This document shows positions 39,401-51,086 of a stretch of DNA of 64,000 nucleotides, piece by piece. Location: contig OZ038378.1 in NCBI GenBank assembly GCA_964036045.1, positions 9,114,001 through 9,178,000 on the forward strand, in the 5' to 3' direction. Source of the DNA: Eutreptiella sp. 'Long Island Sound 2002' (taxonomy: Eukaryota; Protista; Euglenida). The notes under the pieces were generated by a model, which worked only from the letters and a program-made list of their open reading frames with translations, did not search any database and was not told the origin of the DNA. The position numbers and the translations under genes were made by a program. How positions within the stretch are numbered: the first letter of the stretch is position 1; every line of letters starts with the position of its first letter.

Positions 39401-42400
39401 GGTCCAACCAAGCACCTGCAGTTACTGCTTCGATGACTCCTCGTCTAGGGGTTGTGTAGCCATTTTGGATTCCTCCCTGTGTTGGGGACACCGTTTGGAG
39501 ACATGTGTCTGAGTGCAATACTTGTCATCTCCATTTTTGCAATGATTGTTTCACCTCCATGACACATGGGGGAATGAATTGGCACAGGCAGAGTAGGTTG
39601 CCAGCGCATTTTGGGAGGGGGTAAAAAGCCAACTCATTCTGGGTAAACCTGCCATAAAAGTTACACGCGGCGCAGATATTGGGGGAGCGGCAGCACGCCA
39701 GGCGCGCGCCGGGCATCTTTTTGGGCCCCTTTTGACACCGAGCCGTAATCTAGGCTTCTTGTGTGGCCCCTTTCCGGTTGAAGATATGGGAATGCCCCTT
39801 TTCACAAGTTTTTTGTTCATTACCCATATTTTTTATTCCTTCTAATGCATTTTGGATGTGGCATATTTGAATTCCCATCCATTTTTACCCGTTTTCAACC
39901 ATATTTACCCATTTTCCATCCCTCTTTCCTCCCCACTATGGGGAACCCAAGAAGGTAGGGGCGATGTAGCCATATTGATCTATCCCCACCATGGGGACCC
40001 CGAGAAGGCAGGGGTGATGTAGCCATATTGATCTATCCCCACTATAGGGACCCCGAGAAGGTAGTGGTGATGTAGCCATATTGATCTATCCCCACTATGG
40101 GACCCCGAGAAGGCAGGGGTGGTGTAGCCATATTGATCTACCCCCATTATGGGGACCCCGAGAAGGCAGGGGTGATGTAGCCATATTGATCTATCCCCAC
40201 TATGGGGACCCTGGGGCAGCAGGGGTGATGTAGCCATTCCGCCCACAAGTGGGCCCCCGAGGCGGGAGGGGTGATGTAGCCATGCTGAGTGACAAAGGAA
40301 GCCGGAGCATCTACGTTGATCGCTTCTGGGGGCAAGTGCTAAGGAAGTACCTTTGGGAAACCCAAGGCCATCCCGAGCTTTGCTTCAGTGGTTTCAGTAC
40401 CTATGGGGAACCTAACTGTGCTTTGTCTTCGATTCAACCTTCCGGACCTATTGAGGAAACCGGACCAATCTTTGTTTGTGTGTCTTGTTGTGCATGTCAC
40501 TCAAAACGGTAACCTAGGATTCATGTCATTGTGCCATTCATTGGAAGAAAGAATGGAACTTTGACGGCCCGCCAACAGTCGTACAATGATGTGCATGGGT
40601 GGTATAGGGCACGGATTGAGCATTTGTTTGGACAGTTGTGGCATTGGGGTTTGGTTAGGAACATCTGGCGTGGCGGCCCTAATGAGTTGCACCAGTACGT
40701 GCGTGTTTTGTTGCATTTCACGCAATTTTGCATTGGGAGGCAGGTCCGTCACCCACCTTATGGGCCATGGGACCATGTCCCGCCTCATGTTTGGACTGAT
40801 AAAAGCAACTCAGCCGCCACGCAAGATGAGGGAAAGGATGAGGCAGATGTCTGTGTGTTATGCTGTCAAAAGCGCTCCACCATCTCAGTTTGTGGTGAGT
40901 GCCAGGAGCACTATTGTGAAGAATGTATTGATGCCCACACTTGTGGGGAACAAGTTGTTTATAGGCAATACATGAGGACACGCATTGATGTTGAATTCAA
41001 CTATTTGGACTTATGCAATGTGCTTTGTAGGGAAGGTTTGCGGTCCACTCTGGTCGACTTGGGGGGCTCCTATGGGGGAGGGTAAATCTGGGATTAAAGC
41101 CGGGATAGTTATACAAAAGTAGTGCGCCAAACACCCCCCCACTCTTTCACAGACCCTTAGCCTAAGCACAGAATCACAGAGCCTTTTGGCACAGGGAACG
41201 CACTCCACTCCACTGGCAACACCAAGCACAAAATGGCAACACCAAGCACAAAATGCCTGGAAATGCTGCAATAGTGTGGCTTTTGGTTGTCTTTGGTGCA
41301 CCTGGTTCTGCGGGCCAAGCCGTTTGTAATAGGGAAAAGGGCGTCACTGTGGGTCATCTTGGATGGTATGATCCCACCAGTGACGTACTGCATGTGCACA
41401 GCCTCCTTGTCCAAGCCTTTTGCCGAAATTACCCTTCTCCCAACAAGCCCCCTGCCCTCTGAAGAAACCCTGCTGTGACCTGCTCTGCTCTGCCTCTCCT
41501 TTGCACTCATGTGTGAACAGGCAGAGTCAGTGGTGATGGACCTGTACACATACCAGAATCTTAGCAAAGAGGCTCAAGAGAACACCAAGTTCACTGTAAA
41601 ATGTGTAGCACATCTCTGTGAAGAGGCTATCTTCGCCTACCTCGGCATGCAGGTACCCCTGCGCCCCCCTGTACTGTCTGAATTGTTCGGTGGTACATTC
41701 TGAATCGACGACAATTTAAAAGGGGAGGGGGAGGGGGTTTGGTGCAGGGGAACGAGTGTTTGGACCAGGGGAGGTTCTGAAGGTGACGCCGGGCGGGGTT
41801 GACCCTCCTCCTTGGCAACTAAGCTTCTTGAGCACCAGATTTCTTTGTGGTGGTGCAAAGGCAAAGGCTGCAGGTATTGGGATTGCAATCTGCAGAAGAG
41901 ACGTGCAGTAAACGGCAAATCGCCCAAAGTCAAACGCCCAAAGTCAAACGTGAAAGGCCCACAGACAATGGCAGACAAGACATGCAGTGGATGCTGAACA
42001 GTGGCAGAAACAAAATTGTAGTAACAAGGGCATAATGAGGGTGCCCCAGGATGGGGCCTTTGCAGAACCACTGCTCCCCGTGCTGTTTTTGAATGGAACA
42101 TTGGAAGGGCAACAGGTAACACCCTCTGCCTCTGGGGAGTGGGCCCCGGGCAGTTACGCTGCCCCTGTGCAATCATGTACTGCCCCTGAGCAGATAGACC
42201 CCGCCCGTAGGAGGACCATGGGGCCCAGCCAGGACGTTCCCTAAGATCCTCTTTTTTTTTTCTCTGAAGGAACGTTGGTTGTAGGGTTACCCTGAACCAT
42301 CTAGGACCCCCGTGAGGAGCTTGTTTCCACTTGCCCGGTGAGGGCCCTTTTTGAAACCGTGTTCAACCCCCGAGAAGGCAGGGGTGAGGTGGCCACTTCT

Positions 42401-45400
42401 GATTTTGTTCGCCTTTGTTGGGGATCCCCGAGAATGCAGGGGTGACGTAGCATTTCCGCCCTCCTTTGGGCCCCTGAGAAGGCAGGGGTGGGTAGCCACT
42501 TCTGATTTTGTTCCCCTTTGTTGGGGATCCCCGAGAATGCAATTTTGCCTCCCACTTTCTTTCCTTTTTTTTTGACTCCCACGCTTTGTTGCGTAGCCCC
42601 TGGAGTTGGGGTTAGGGACTCGCAATCCACGCTTTATTGCGTGGTCCCTTGAGTTGGGGTTAGGGGCTCGCAATGCACGCTTTGTTGCGTGGCCTCTTGA
42701 GTTGGATTGAGGCATCATCTTGCTCATGTGAGCGTGTTTTTTCTTTTGTGACATCCCATGACCACGGCCAAAGCACCCAGCGTATGTGCGAGGTCCCGTG
42801 GATTCGGTGTAATGGGCCATGTGTTGAGGAGTGGTGTCCAGGTGAAGTGTTTGCTGAGCTGCGTGCGTGGCACGCAATTTAGGCCACGACGTCGTGTCCG
42901 ACGGCACACTGTAGATGTAGAGGATAACACATTGCTTTGCTTTGAAGCATTGAAAGATTTTTCAGTCCCTTGTGATGCAGAGGACTTTGAACCCACCAAA
43001 GAGATGCTGTCATTTTGGGCTAGAACCAGCAGTGCACACACACAAGACGTTGAAATTTCTGAAATTGAAGAGCTGTATGGCAGGGAGGGGGATGCACACT
43101 CAGAAGTTGAGGAAGACCTCATTCAACCCACAACAGTTTTTAAAGCTATGCAACAACCCAAGAAGGCTCCCCCCATTCCTTCCGGAGGGTTTTGGTATGA
43201 TGTGGATGCAGCACTTGCAACATCTATGCAAAATGGCACGATGCATGAGTGGGTGTTGTGTGAACTCAGGGCTGTTTGCCGCATGTATGATCTCTCTTTT
43301 CGGGGGAACAAGGCAGATGTGTTTGCGCGTGTTGTCAGCCACATTGCAAGCAAGTAAGTATATATTATTCACTATTATGCACCCCACTTCAGTTCATTAC
43401 AAAACTGCTGGGCGTGAATAATCTGAAATTGTCCGCGTTGGTTTGCATGTTTGTGCTATGGACTGCAATCCCAGAGTCCAACTGCTCCACATTTGTATGC
43501 CTGTGTAGGAATGGACTGCAATCCCAGAGTCCAGGGTACCCAAGGGAGAAGAGTGGCAACACCCGGCTGGGAACAACCGTTTTGAGGTTTTGGGTGTAGC
43601 ACGCCGTTTCATTTTTTTTTTTTGGAGTTAGGGAACGTCTTGGGCCCAGCCGCCCACAGGGAGTCACACAGCCTTGCCCCTTGCCGGTTTCTTTGGTGTG
43701 TGGTGGAGGGGTGAGTCCAACCCTGGCTGGGGTTCAAATCCCCGCCCTACCAACCTTGATAGTTGCTAAGCTATGCCTGCCTTTGCTTGCTTTGGGCTTG
43801 GCAAGCGAGTCAAGGGCTCGCTGCCACCAGGTGCGGCACCCCCTATTGGGGCTTCGGCGCGAACGCATCAATGGCAGACTTCCTTTCATCCACTGTAGCG
43901 TGCCTTCAACCATATCACTAGCCTCAGGGGCGGTGCACAAAAAATGCCCGACGGGCGGCATATCCTCCATGGGCTTGGGGCACCACATGCCACACACACA
44001 CCCCATCATTTTGCAGGCCATGTAAGTGGCTCATTGGCCTCATATTCTCCACCTGCTCTGTTAGGGGCTGTGTCCATGTTGTCCATACCTGAGCCAGTTC
44101 AGACCATTATACCTTAGCACCCGGTCCAGCGCAGCCCCGACTGAGTACACTCTTTTCTGATATTCTGCTCAGGTGTTCCTCTCAGAGCCATTTTTTCAGT
44201 GGCGATTCAATTTGATCTTTGCAGCGATCCTCACATGCCTCGTGTCCCGGCTGTGGGTATTCCCCTTGACGGCCCTTGTGAATGCATGCCGGCCTGGCGA
44301 TCGCATCCCTGGGAACAGCCAAGTAATGATGTGGTTCTCAGGTATTTCTCAACCTTCCCAAGCAAGAAACTACCAGCCACACCCGAACATTGGCCACACT
44401 CTAGTGTAAACTGGGGGAACGCTAGTGCGCCGGGCGGGCACCGGGCATGCGCTAGGCATCTTTTTAGGCTGACACATACTATACTAAGCAACCAGGGGCT
44501 ATGCTCCCTTAATATGCAGCCTTGCCATGCTGGGGATCTCAGACAAGTGGTGAAGTTGGGTCAAAGGTGCGCTGTTGAGGGTGAGAGTGGAACAGTGATG
44601 TCCAGACACATATCATGTTTGCTGCAATCATCGCATGTAAGGTGAGTATGCTGTGCAGTGAATCAGGGCAGAGCCCTGAAAAGGGGCAGGGCTGCTAAGG
44701 GCGGCTCGGTTGGGGGTGTGGCTGGTGTTGGCATTGCACAAACCGAGCGTGTGTGCACCCCGACCATTTTGTGTTGTAGGGTGTCCATTCCTTTTTGGTA
44801 TAGCTCCCTCCCCCTCCCCCTCCCCTGGTCCGCCGCAGGGTGGGAGGGATGCCAAGGGGCAGAAACAGCACCTGTGAGGAACGGGACAACTGTCCCACTC
44901 TCACCTACTGAAAAATAATACCTTTCCCAAGTGGCCGTGGGACGAGCCATGTAAGCATTTTATTTCGAGAAACTGAAACCAGTGTGTACACCCAGAGGTA
45001 GTAACCGGCACAGTTACTCAGCCTTTATGGCAATCCCCCCCTACCCCCTGGCTCCCCACCAACAGAAGAGTGGGTGGCATGTGGGGTGCATATATTGAGG
45101 TGCACACTACCTTCGATGTCTTTTGTGGGGTTGTGCAGGTGTTGGTTCTCCTGCCACCTGAGGCCCTAGGACCGTGAGAATTTGGATTGAACGCTAAACC
45201 CTCCAGAGCCTACCAAGTGGGGTGTGCTGATATCTCGGTGCCCTCCGCCCTCCTCTGTGCTCAAAGGACTGCGTGGGGCCGTGTGCTTTGCCTTGGCCAT
45301 GAAGATTCCCCGCTACGATGTGCTGCTCAAGAGGGGCAGTCAACACGTATCAGAGCTGTTGGCCATGACCACTGCTGTCGTCATGTACAAAGTGTTCGTG

Positions 45401-47299
45401 CACGGGGGACTGACAACCCAAGTCCTCCGTCTCTTGAAGATTCCCATGGGATCGGAAGTGGTGTGCCGTGCGTCTGTGCTCCTTGGATTACAAGGGCCGA
45501 CATTCAGGTGAAGGTTGCACACATGTTGCGTTTCCGAAGGTTAAACAGCTGATAGCGGCATTTGGCTCTCTAAGTGATGAGGGCTGTGCAACCCTGCCAT
45601 CTTCCTCGGCACTGTGTAGCCCTGCTGCCCTCCTAAAGTCCCGTGATATTATGGGATCGCCCCCCCCCCCCTCCCCCACAAGCCGCAGGCTGGCAGGCTC
45701 TGCAGCTTGGATCCACACCTCCGTGCCAGAAACGGGGTGTTCTCCTTCAACGAGCCCCTCCACCCCCACATCTGCACAGAGGGCTGGGCAAGGGACCCAT
45801 CAGTCTTGCATCACCCTCGACCGCATTGTTGCAATGAATTACTTTTCTACGTGCAGACGTTACATCCCCGCTGCCAATTTCCCCCCCGGGCCAGACCCAC
45901 ACGTCCTCTCTTTTCTGCGTCGTTGCCTCCTTCGCCGCTTGCCCCCCCCCCCCCCCCCTCCCCTCCCTTTCTCCCTCCCTCCCTCCCTCCCTCTCTCCCC
46001 CACTCACTCACGCATCCAATGCCTTGTACACTGCTGTACCCCAGCCCAAAGGCTCTTTCTTCTCTCACCTGCCCCCAATGAATCTGCCTTCTCCCTCTTT
46101 GCTCTGTGCACAGCACCAGCAGCAGCGCCCCTGCCACCAACGTGCACCCGCTGGCCCTAGCCCCCCTGTGTGACATTCTGTCTGGTTGTTGTTTGTTTAC
46201 GGGGCCCTGGACAGTCACCCGTTCTTCCCTTCGCATGTTGCGCCGGGTTGCTGCTTTCTGTCGGCCGCTGTGGCTGTTACTCTTGCTGGTGTCGTTTCCG
46301 CGTTCGCGGAGCCCAGTGGTTGGTGTGCCGGGGCTGCGCTGGATGTGGCATGGTGTGCTGTTTGTGCGTCAGTGGCGCCCAGTAGTTGGCCTATTGAGGT
46401 TGTGCTGGTTGTTGCCAGGGTTGTTTGACTGTTTTTGCTGTCCACACACCTCTGTCCACAGGTCGTCCATAACCTGCCTCGCCGTGTTTCCGTGTGGGTG
46501 AGGCCCAGGTGCCCTGCTCCTCCATGGGTTGTCCAGACCATCCACCATATGTCTCTTTCCCCCTCACGGCTGGTCTGCCCCTGGTGGGCTCCCGCTCCTC
46601 CTGTTGCGCAAACAGCCCATCTGGGCTGCGGGAGACACCCCCCACCTGATGCCGGTTGAGCAGGGGTTGCCCTGGCACCCGGTAGCGACGGGGCTGGCTG
46701 GCCAAGCCATTCCCTTTGTTGTCGCTGCCTCCCATGCGCACGCTCCCATTCTCTTCATTCTGGTTCCCTGTCCTGGTTGCCTCTCCTGCCTTGCTGCGCC
46801 CCACCTCCTTGTCTGCTGTGCTCGCCCTGGTCCCTCCTGGTGTGGCTCCCGCGTTCTGTGTGTCTGTGTTGCTCCTCCTCCTGTCTGTTGGCGCTCCTGG
46901 GTGCCCCTTGTGCGCACCCACTGGTGTCCCACCCGCCTGGCCCCCCGTACGCGGATTTCACGTCTCTGTACGACATTGACTGTCCTGCGCGCGGTTGGCT
47001 GGTCATGGCCCTGTTGCCACCCCTGTGCACCCGCCGGCCCTAGCCCCCCTCCCCCCCCCCACTGTCCAGTGCGATCTGCTGAATCTTGCCACCCCCTTTC
47101 CATTTCCCCTCATCCGTTGTTCTTTTCGCAGGAGACATACCCGGTTATACCCACAGGCTATGGGCCCTGTGCGTGGCTGCACCAGCGTGTCCTCTCGCCC
47201 ATGTTCATCCGCCAGGACGAGCAACGGGTGCAGCCCTTGTTCTGGTCTGGTGCGTATTCCGTCCCCTACACTGCCCTGGAGAGGGATTCGAGCTTCTAA
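33460..47299 (+). CDS. CPA1-family Na+(K+)/H+ exchanger, NHE8/intracellular NHX-like, about 590 aa
   Basis: Nine GT-AG exons with consistent phases: 33460-33747, 34078-34234, 35776-36019, 37685-37913, 38913-39104, 41521-41652, 44173-44341, 45267-45460, 47132-47299 (TAA); total 1773 nt. Motifs: LPYIIFEAG, SSIDPIATL, FGESILNDGVSVV, SGIVAIL, WFSGLRGAVCFALA, and tail WLHQRVLSPMF. N-terminal signal peptide. The donors at 37913 and 45460 are uncertain by one codon. Confidence 0.92.
34419..34681. mobile_element. Short degenerate Harbinger-family MITE in exchanger intron 2
   Basis: Left end GGGGGAGTGTCAGCGCGCCAGGCGCCGGGCATC and right end AGTAGCGCGCAGGGCACGCGCAGCAATCCC resemble the ends at 26784 and 27597. 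The TSD is not clean. Confidence 0.45.
36308..36369. repeat. Pentamer microsatellite (GGTGA/GGTGC/GGTAA)
   Basis: Tandem imperfect 5-mers. Confidence 0.8.
37541..37567. repeat. (CCT)n microsatellite
   Basis: About 9 units. Confidence 0.9.
39945..40285. repeat. 53-bp minisatellite (about 6 units)
   Basis: Unit GATGTAGCCATATTGATCTATCCCCACTATGGGGACCCCGAGAAGGCAGGGGT, spacing 52-53 bp. Confidence 0.93.
40520..40960 (+). pseudogene. Harbinger/IS5-type transposase C-terminal half with B-box-like zinc finger
   Basis: HVIVPFIGRKNGTLTARQQSYNDVHGWYRARIEHLFGQLWHW; C-x2-C-x9-C-x2-C-x4-C-x2-C-x3-H-x-C at 40852-40944. Confidence 0.7.
42230..43642 (+). mobile_element. Non-autonomous TIR element with 8-bp TSD (hAT- or Zisupton/KDZ-like)
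   Basis: TSD GGCCCAGC at 42222-42229 and 43643-43650. TIR CAGGACGTTCCCTAA vs reverse complement CAAGACGTTCCCTAA. Confidence 0.85.
42758..43357 (+). pseudogene. Remnant ORF ending in a SAP DNA-binding domain
   Basis: C-terminus WVLCELRAVCRMYDLSFRGNKADVFARVVSHIASK fits the SAP pattern (xELKxxLxxxGLxxxGxKxxLxxRL). It is preceded by an acidic linker and a decayed Cys-rich segment. Confidence 0.6.
44413..44465. mobile_element. Solo left end of the Harbinger-like family
   Basis: GGGGGAACGCTAGTGCGCCGGGCGGGCACCGGGCAT...CATCTTTTT matches the 26784 end. No partner end was found. Confidence 0.5.
45905..46110. repeat. Dispersed repeat; second copy inverted at about 53340-53525
   Basis: CTTCGCCGCTTG-polyC-(CCCT)n-CACTCACTCACGCATCCAATGCCTTGTACAC..CCCAGCCCAAAG is shared with the reverse complement of 53340-53525. 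Confidence 0.85.
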
Positions 47300-49465
47300 T
47301 GACGCTCGTTGCCCCTCTGCGGCACCTTTGCAGTTCACTGAGGGTTCGGTGCCAATACCAACCTAAACCACCTGAGATGCCCCATCCTACCCTACCCAGG
47401 CAATTCCTTGGGGTGGCGGAAGCCCAACCCCCCGCGAGGGGGGGGGGGGGGGCAGAGGGTTGGTAAGTGGGTCAAAGGCACCTTCCCGTGACGTTGGGTG
47501 ATGTCTTCAGGGCAAGTGGGTAAAAGGATTGGGCGTTCAAATCCTGGGCGATGGGGAGGGTCTGGAAAAGGGCTCCTTTGACGGACTAGTTCTTGGTGCT
47601 AATGGGCACTGCGAAAGCCCGAAGGGCCCGCTCGACCCGGTCGTTGGGTGCGACCCCACCTCCTCCCCCGCTTCGAGCACCCCGAGACGATAAGGGGTAA
47701 TGTAGCCCCCACCCAAAGGGGGCTTCGGTGACAGCAGCCCGAAACACCCTCCCCCCGCCCCCCACACCGCCACCACCACCAACACAGTGGTGGTACTGGT
47801 GTCCAGTCAATTCTGGCTACATCCCATGAACCAAATTTTTTTTGAGATTTAGCGCCCTCAGGGGCGATTCCCAGGCCCCGGTCACAGACCCATGATTGTG
47901 GGGGGGCAGGGGGGTGTCAGGGAAAGGAGGCTCGGATGACCCCGCGCACGCTAACCTTTTACCGGAAGGAGGGAAGGGCAATGGAGGGAAGAAAGGGAAA
48001 GGAGCATGGACGGGAGGGAGACTGCTGCATTTGCCATTTGGGCAGTCCGCACAAACACAACAGGCAGACACTGCACATGGCTGCGCCCCCCCCCCCCCCA
48101 AAGCAACGCAATACACATTCCAACGCGTGGGTGGTGTCTGAAGATTATTTGGTGTCATGATTGGGTTCAGTCTGAGTCGGCATCGGTGTCTGAGGGATGG
48201 GTATTGAGGGGGGATTCGGTCAGGATTTGAAGTTTGTGTGGGAGTTAGTGTGTTGGTGGGATTGGGTTGCAGGCCATTGCAGAGCAGCCCCGAGGGGGAT
48301 GGGGGCGTCGTTTGGGACCTCAGTGGGCTTCAGCTGACCCGCCCACCCACCCCAATTCCCTGTGAGAAGGCCGGTGTGCCCGCTGGCCCAATCTTTTGGC
48401 TTGAGACTAATGGCCCGTGAAATGGTGGATGTGACATGTTGGCTGCAGTTTGCGATCGCCAATGAAGCATTTGTGTTGCGAGTGCTACAACCTCCATACC
48501 TCATGATGGCGGCATGGCTGTAGGCGCATGTGCCAATGAATTTATGTCCTGAAGGCTCCAGCTGGTGAGCCCTGGAGTGCCCCTTGCGTTGCGTGCGCGC
48601 GCATTCCTGCGGGCATTCCGCCCGTCATTCGTAACGCACCTCAGTATCAGTCGTGAAGGTGCAGTCTGCGATGGCCATGGCTCTGGTTGGGGTTGGAGTG
48701 TCTCAACAGGACAACAGAGTTGTATTTCTTGAGCGTTCAAGTCTCCCCGTCGAAAAAGCCGCATGTTTGCATGGCTTCTGCGCCAGGGGTGCATGCCTGA
48801 ACCTTTCATGCGCATGCTCGCCCCGTTTCGCGTGTTGCACCCGGAAATTCGTTTCGTGTTGCTGAATCAGTCCATCTGTTGCTGAACCCAAACTTCAACT
48901 TCAACCCAACGCCAATGCGGATTTCACAGAGTTTGGGCGAGGGCTGTGGCAGGGGCAAGTGCATGAGTGACTTTCTTTGCGTGATTTTGCACGGAAGTCG
49001 GCGTGATCTTGTGTTTCGGGCTCACACCTCTTGCGTTGATTTCCACTAAATGCATTTCATGTGCCCTGCTGTAAATAGTGGGAGGGCGAAACGCTGAAAA
49101 GGTCTGACAAATGATTGTCACGGAAAAGTGCGATGCAATTTAACACCTTTTTCAGAAGTCTTGAACATGAGTTTCTTTGAGCGAGCACAATTGTTGAACA
49201 GTGCTGAACCCAACCTCCGCAGCACTTTCGCCACTTGGACCCGTGCGTTCATACCTGACTGCTTGATTGCATCGCACAACGTGTGTGACAGCTCCATCCC
49301 ACTGTTGTACAAGACCGCTGTCTTGTGGTGTGCAGTTGCTTCTTATCATTAGCTGTCCCGGCAAATTTCAGAGCTTCAGCTGCTGCTAACAGATTGTTGA
49401 GCTGAATGTAATTAAAACCAGCATGTTTGACAATTAGGACGAAGCTGCTGGCGTCTGAATATCAC

Positions 49466-51086
49466 CTAGATTTGGAAATATGGTTTGTGCCAGAGACATT
49501 TGTCTCCCAATGGGATGAAATGTATAGAATGATTTTGTAGGCTTTGGATGGATGGTGCATGGAATCGGATTCTGTTTTGGTGATAGTCGGCACAAAGTCG
49601 CCCCCCTGTACCCCCCCCCCCCATACCCCCTCCCCCCCGTACCCCCCCCCCCCCCCCGTACCCCCCGTACCCCCCCCGTAACCGTACCTCGGCTCGCTTC
49701 GCTCGACGTGGGGGCCAGCCCCTCGCACCCCCCCCTTAAATAACAAGACTCCTGCGGTGGCTACAGACCACCTGTTGTGTGCACAGCCTTGTGTGTGCAC
49801 CGCCTTTTGTGTGCACCGCCTGGTGTGTGCACCGCCCACGGGGGGGGGGGCGTCTCCTCGGTTCAGGTACGCGACTCCCCCCCCCCTCCCCCCTGCCCTC
49901 CGGGCCCACTTAGTTACCAAGGGTCAATGGCTACAGGCCATACATAGGGTCGCGCCGAAGGCACCCGAAAATTTTGTCCCCTTTGCTGGGACCCCCGAGA
50001 ATGCAGGGGTTAGGTAGCATTCCCGCCCACTTGCGGGCCCCCAAGAAGGCAGGGTTGAGGTAGCCAATTGTGATTTTGAGGTAGCCGCTTTAGTTAGGTT
50101 AGGGACTCTCAATCCACGCTTTGTTGCGTGGCCCCTTGAGTTGGGGTTAGGGACTCACAATCCACGCTTTGGTGTGGCCCCTTGAGTTGGGGTTAGGGAC
50201 TGACAATCCACGCTTCGGTGTGGCCCCTTGAGTTGGGGTTAGGGACTCGCAATAAGCGACGTTTTTCGACGTTTTTTAGGTAAGTGCGGCACGGGGCAGT
50301 TCCCCGTGCCATAAAACGTCCACCCAGCACAGTGCCCAAACCCAAACCCCTGTGTAGGCCTGGGCAGCCTGCTAGGCACCCAGCTGCTCTCCGGTGTGAC
50401 GGGCCGTGTCGGAGAGAACAGCATATATATACGCCCCTCCCCAGGCAGGGGGTGTGGGCGCCTACAACCACCATTGCACTGGTGAGGAGGTAGAGTGGAG
50501 GCCTCCGTTGTTGTAGAGTAACCCCTTAGGCCACCGCGTCTCTACCAGACTGGACTAGACCTCTGCTAACCCTCTCCCCTAGCCTCCCCCCCCCCCCCCC
50601 AGCAACTAGCAGCGACTAGCTAGTCCCCTAGAGAAGCCCTCCTCGGTGGCTAGCCTCCCCCCCCAAAAGCCCCCCCCCCCCGGGGCCTTCGGCCCACTTC
50701 TACTGGGGGGGGGGGGGGTCGCGTCTAAAAGCGAGGAGACGGCCCCCCCATGGCACCGCCTTGTGTGTGAACCGCCAAACCTTCCCTTGCCTCGGCTCGC
50801 TTCGCTCGACGCGGGGGCCAGCCCCTGCACCCCCCCTCAAATAACAAGACTCCTACGGTGGCCACAGACCGCCTTTTGTGTGCACCGCCTTGTGTATGCA
50901 CCGCCTTGTGTGTGCACCGCCTGGTGTGTGCCACCCCCCCCCCCCTACATCCCCCCCGTACCCCCCCCCCCCCCGTAACCCCCCGTACCCCCCCCCCTAC
51001 CTCCGAGGTAGGGGGGGCGACTTCGTGCTGTATATGGTTTTGGTGCGGATTGCCAAACCACCATTAATCGACATCCGGTTCAACAC
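49466..51086. mobile_element. Composite repeat insertion of unclear class
   Basis: Flanked by ATATCAC (49459-49465, 51087-51093). Internal 17-bp inverted motif GCAC(A/G)AAGTCGCCCCCC (about 49590 and 51027). About 150-bp direct repeats (49687-49836, 50790-50930) surround the minisatellite cassette. Confidence 0.45.
50111..50250. repeat. 46-48-bp GGGGTTAGGG minisatellite (3 units), same family as 27081 and 42575-42700
   Basis: Direct sequence identity of the units. Confidence 0.93.

Larger units (their letters stand above)
39681..41140 (+). mobile_element. PIF/Harbinger-like element, longest copy of the family in the window
   Basis: Left end GGGGGAGCGGCAGCACGCCAGGCGCGCGCCGGGCATC; right end AAAAGTAGTGCGCCAAACACCCCCCC; flanks ATT/ACT (imperfect TSD). 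Its 3' interior is homologous to the 14407 and 26784 copies. Confidence 0.65.

Noticed and set aside
39945-40285. Regular 53-bp and 48-bp arrays as CRISPR
   Set aside because: The units are near-identical along their whole length with no unique spacers, there are no cas genes, and the context is eukaryotic.
46200-47050. Overlapping long ORFs on both strands
   Set aside because: GC-rich, stop-poor repeat sequence inside the last exchanger intron, with low-complexity translations in all frames.
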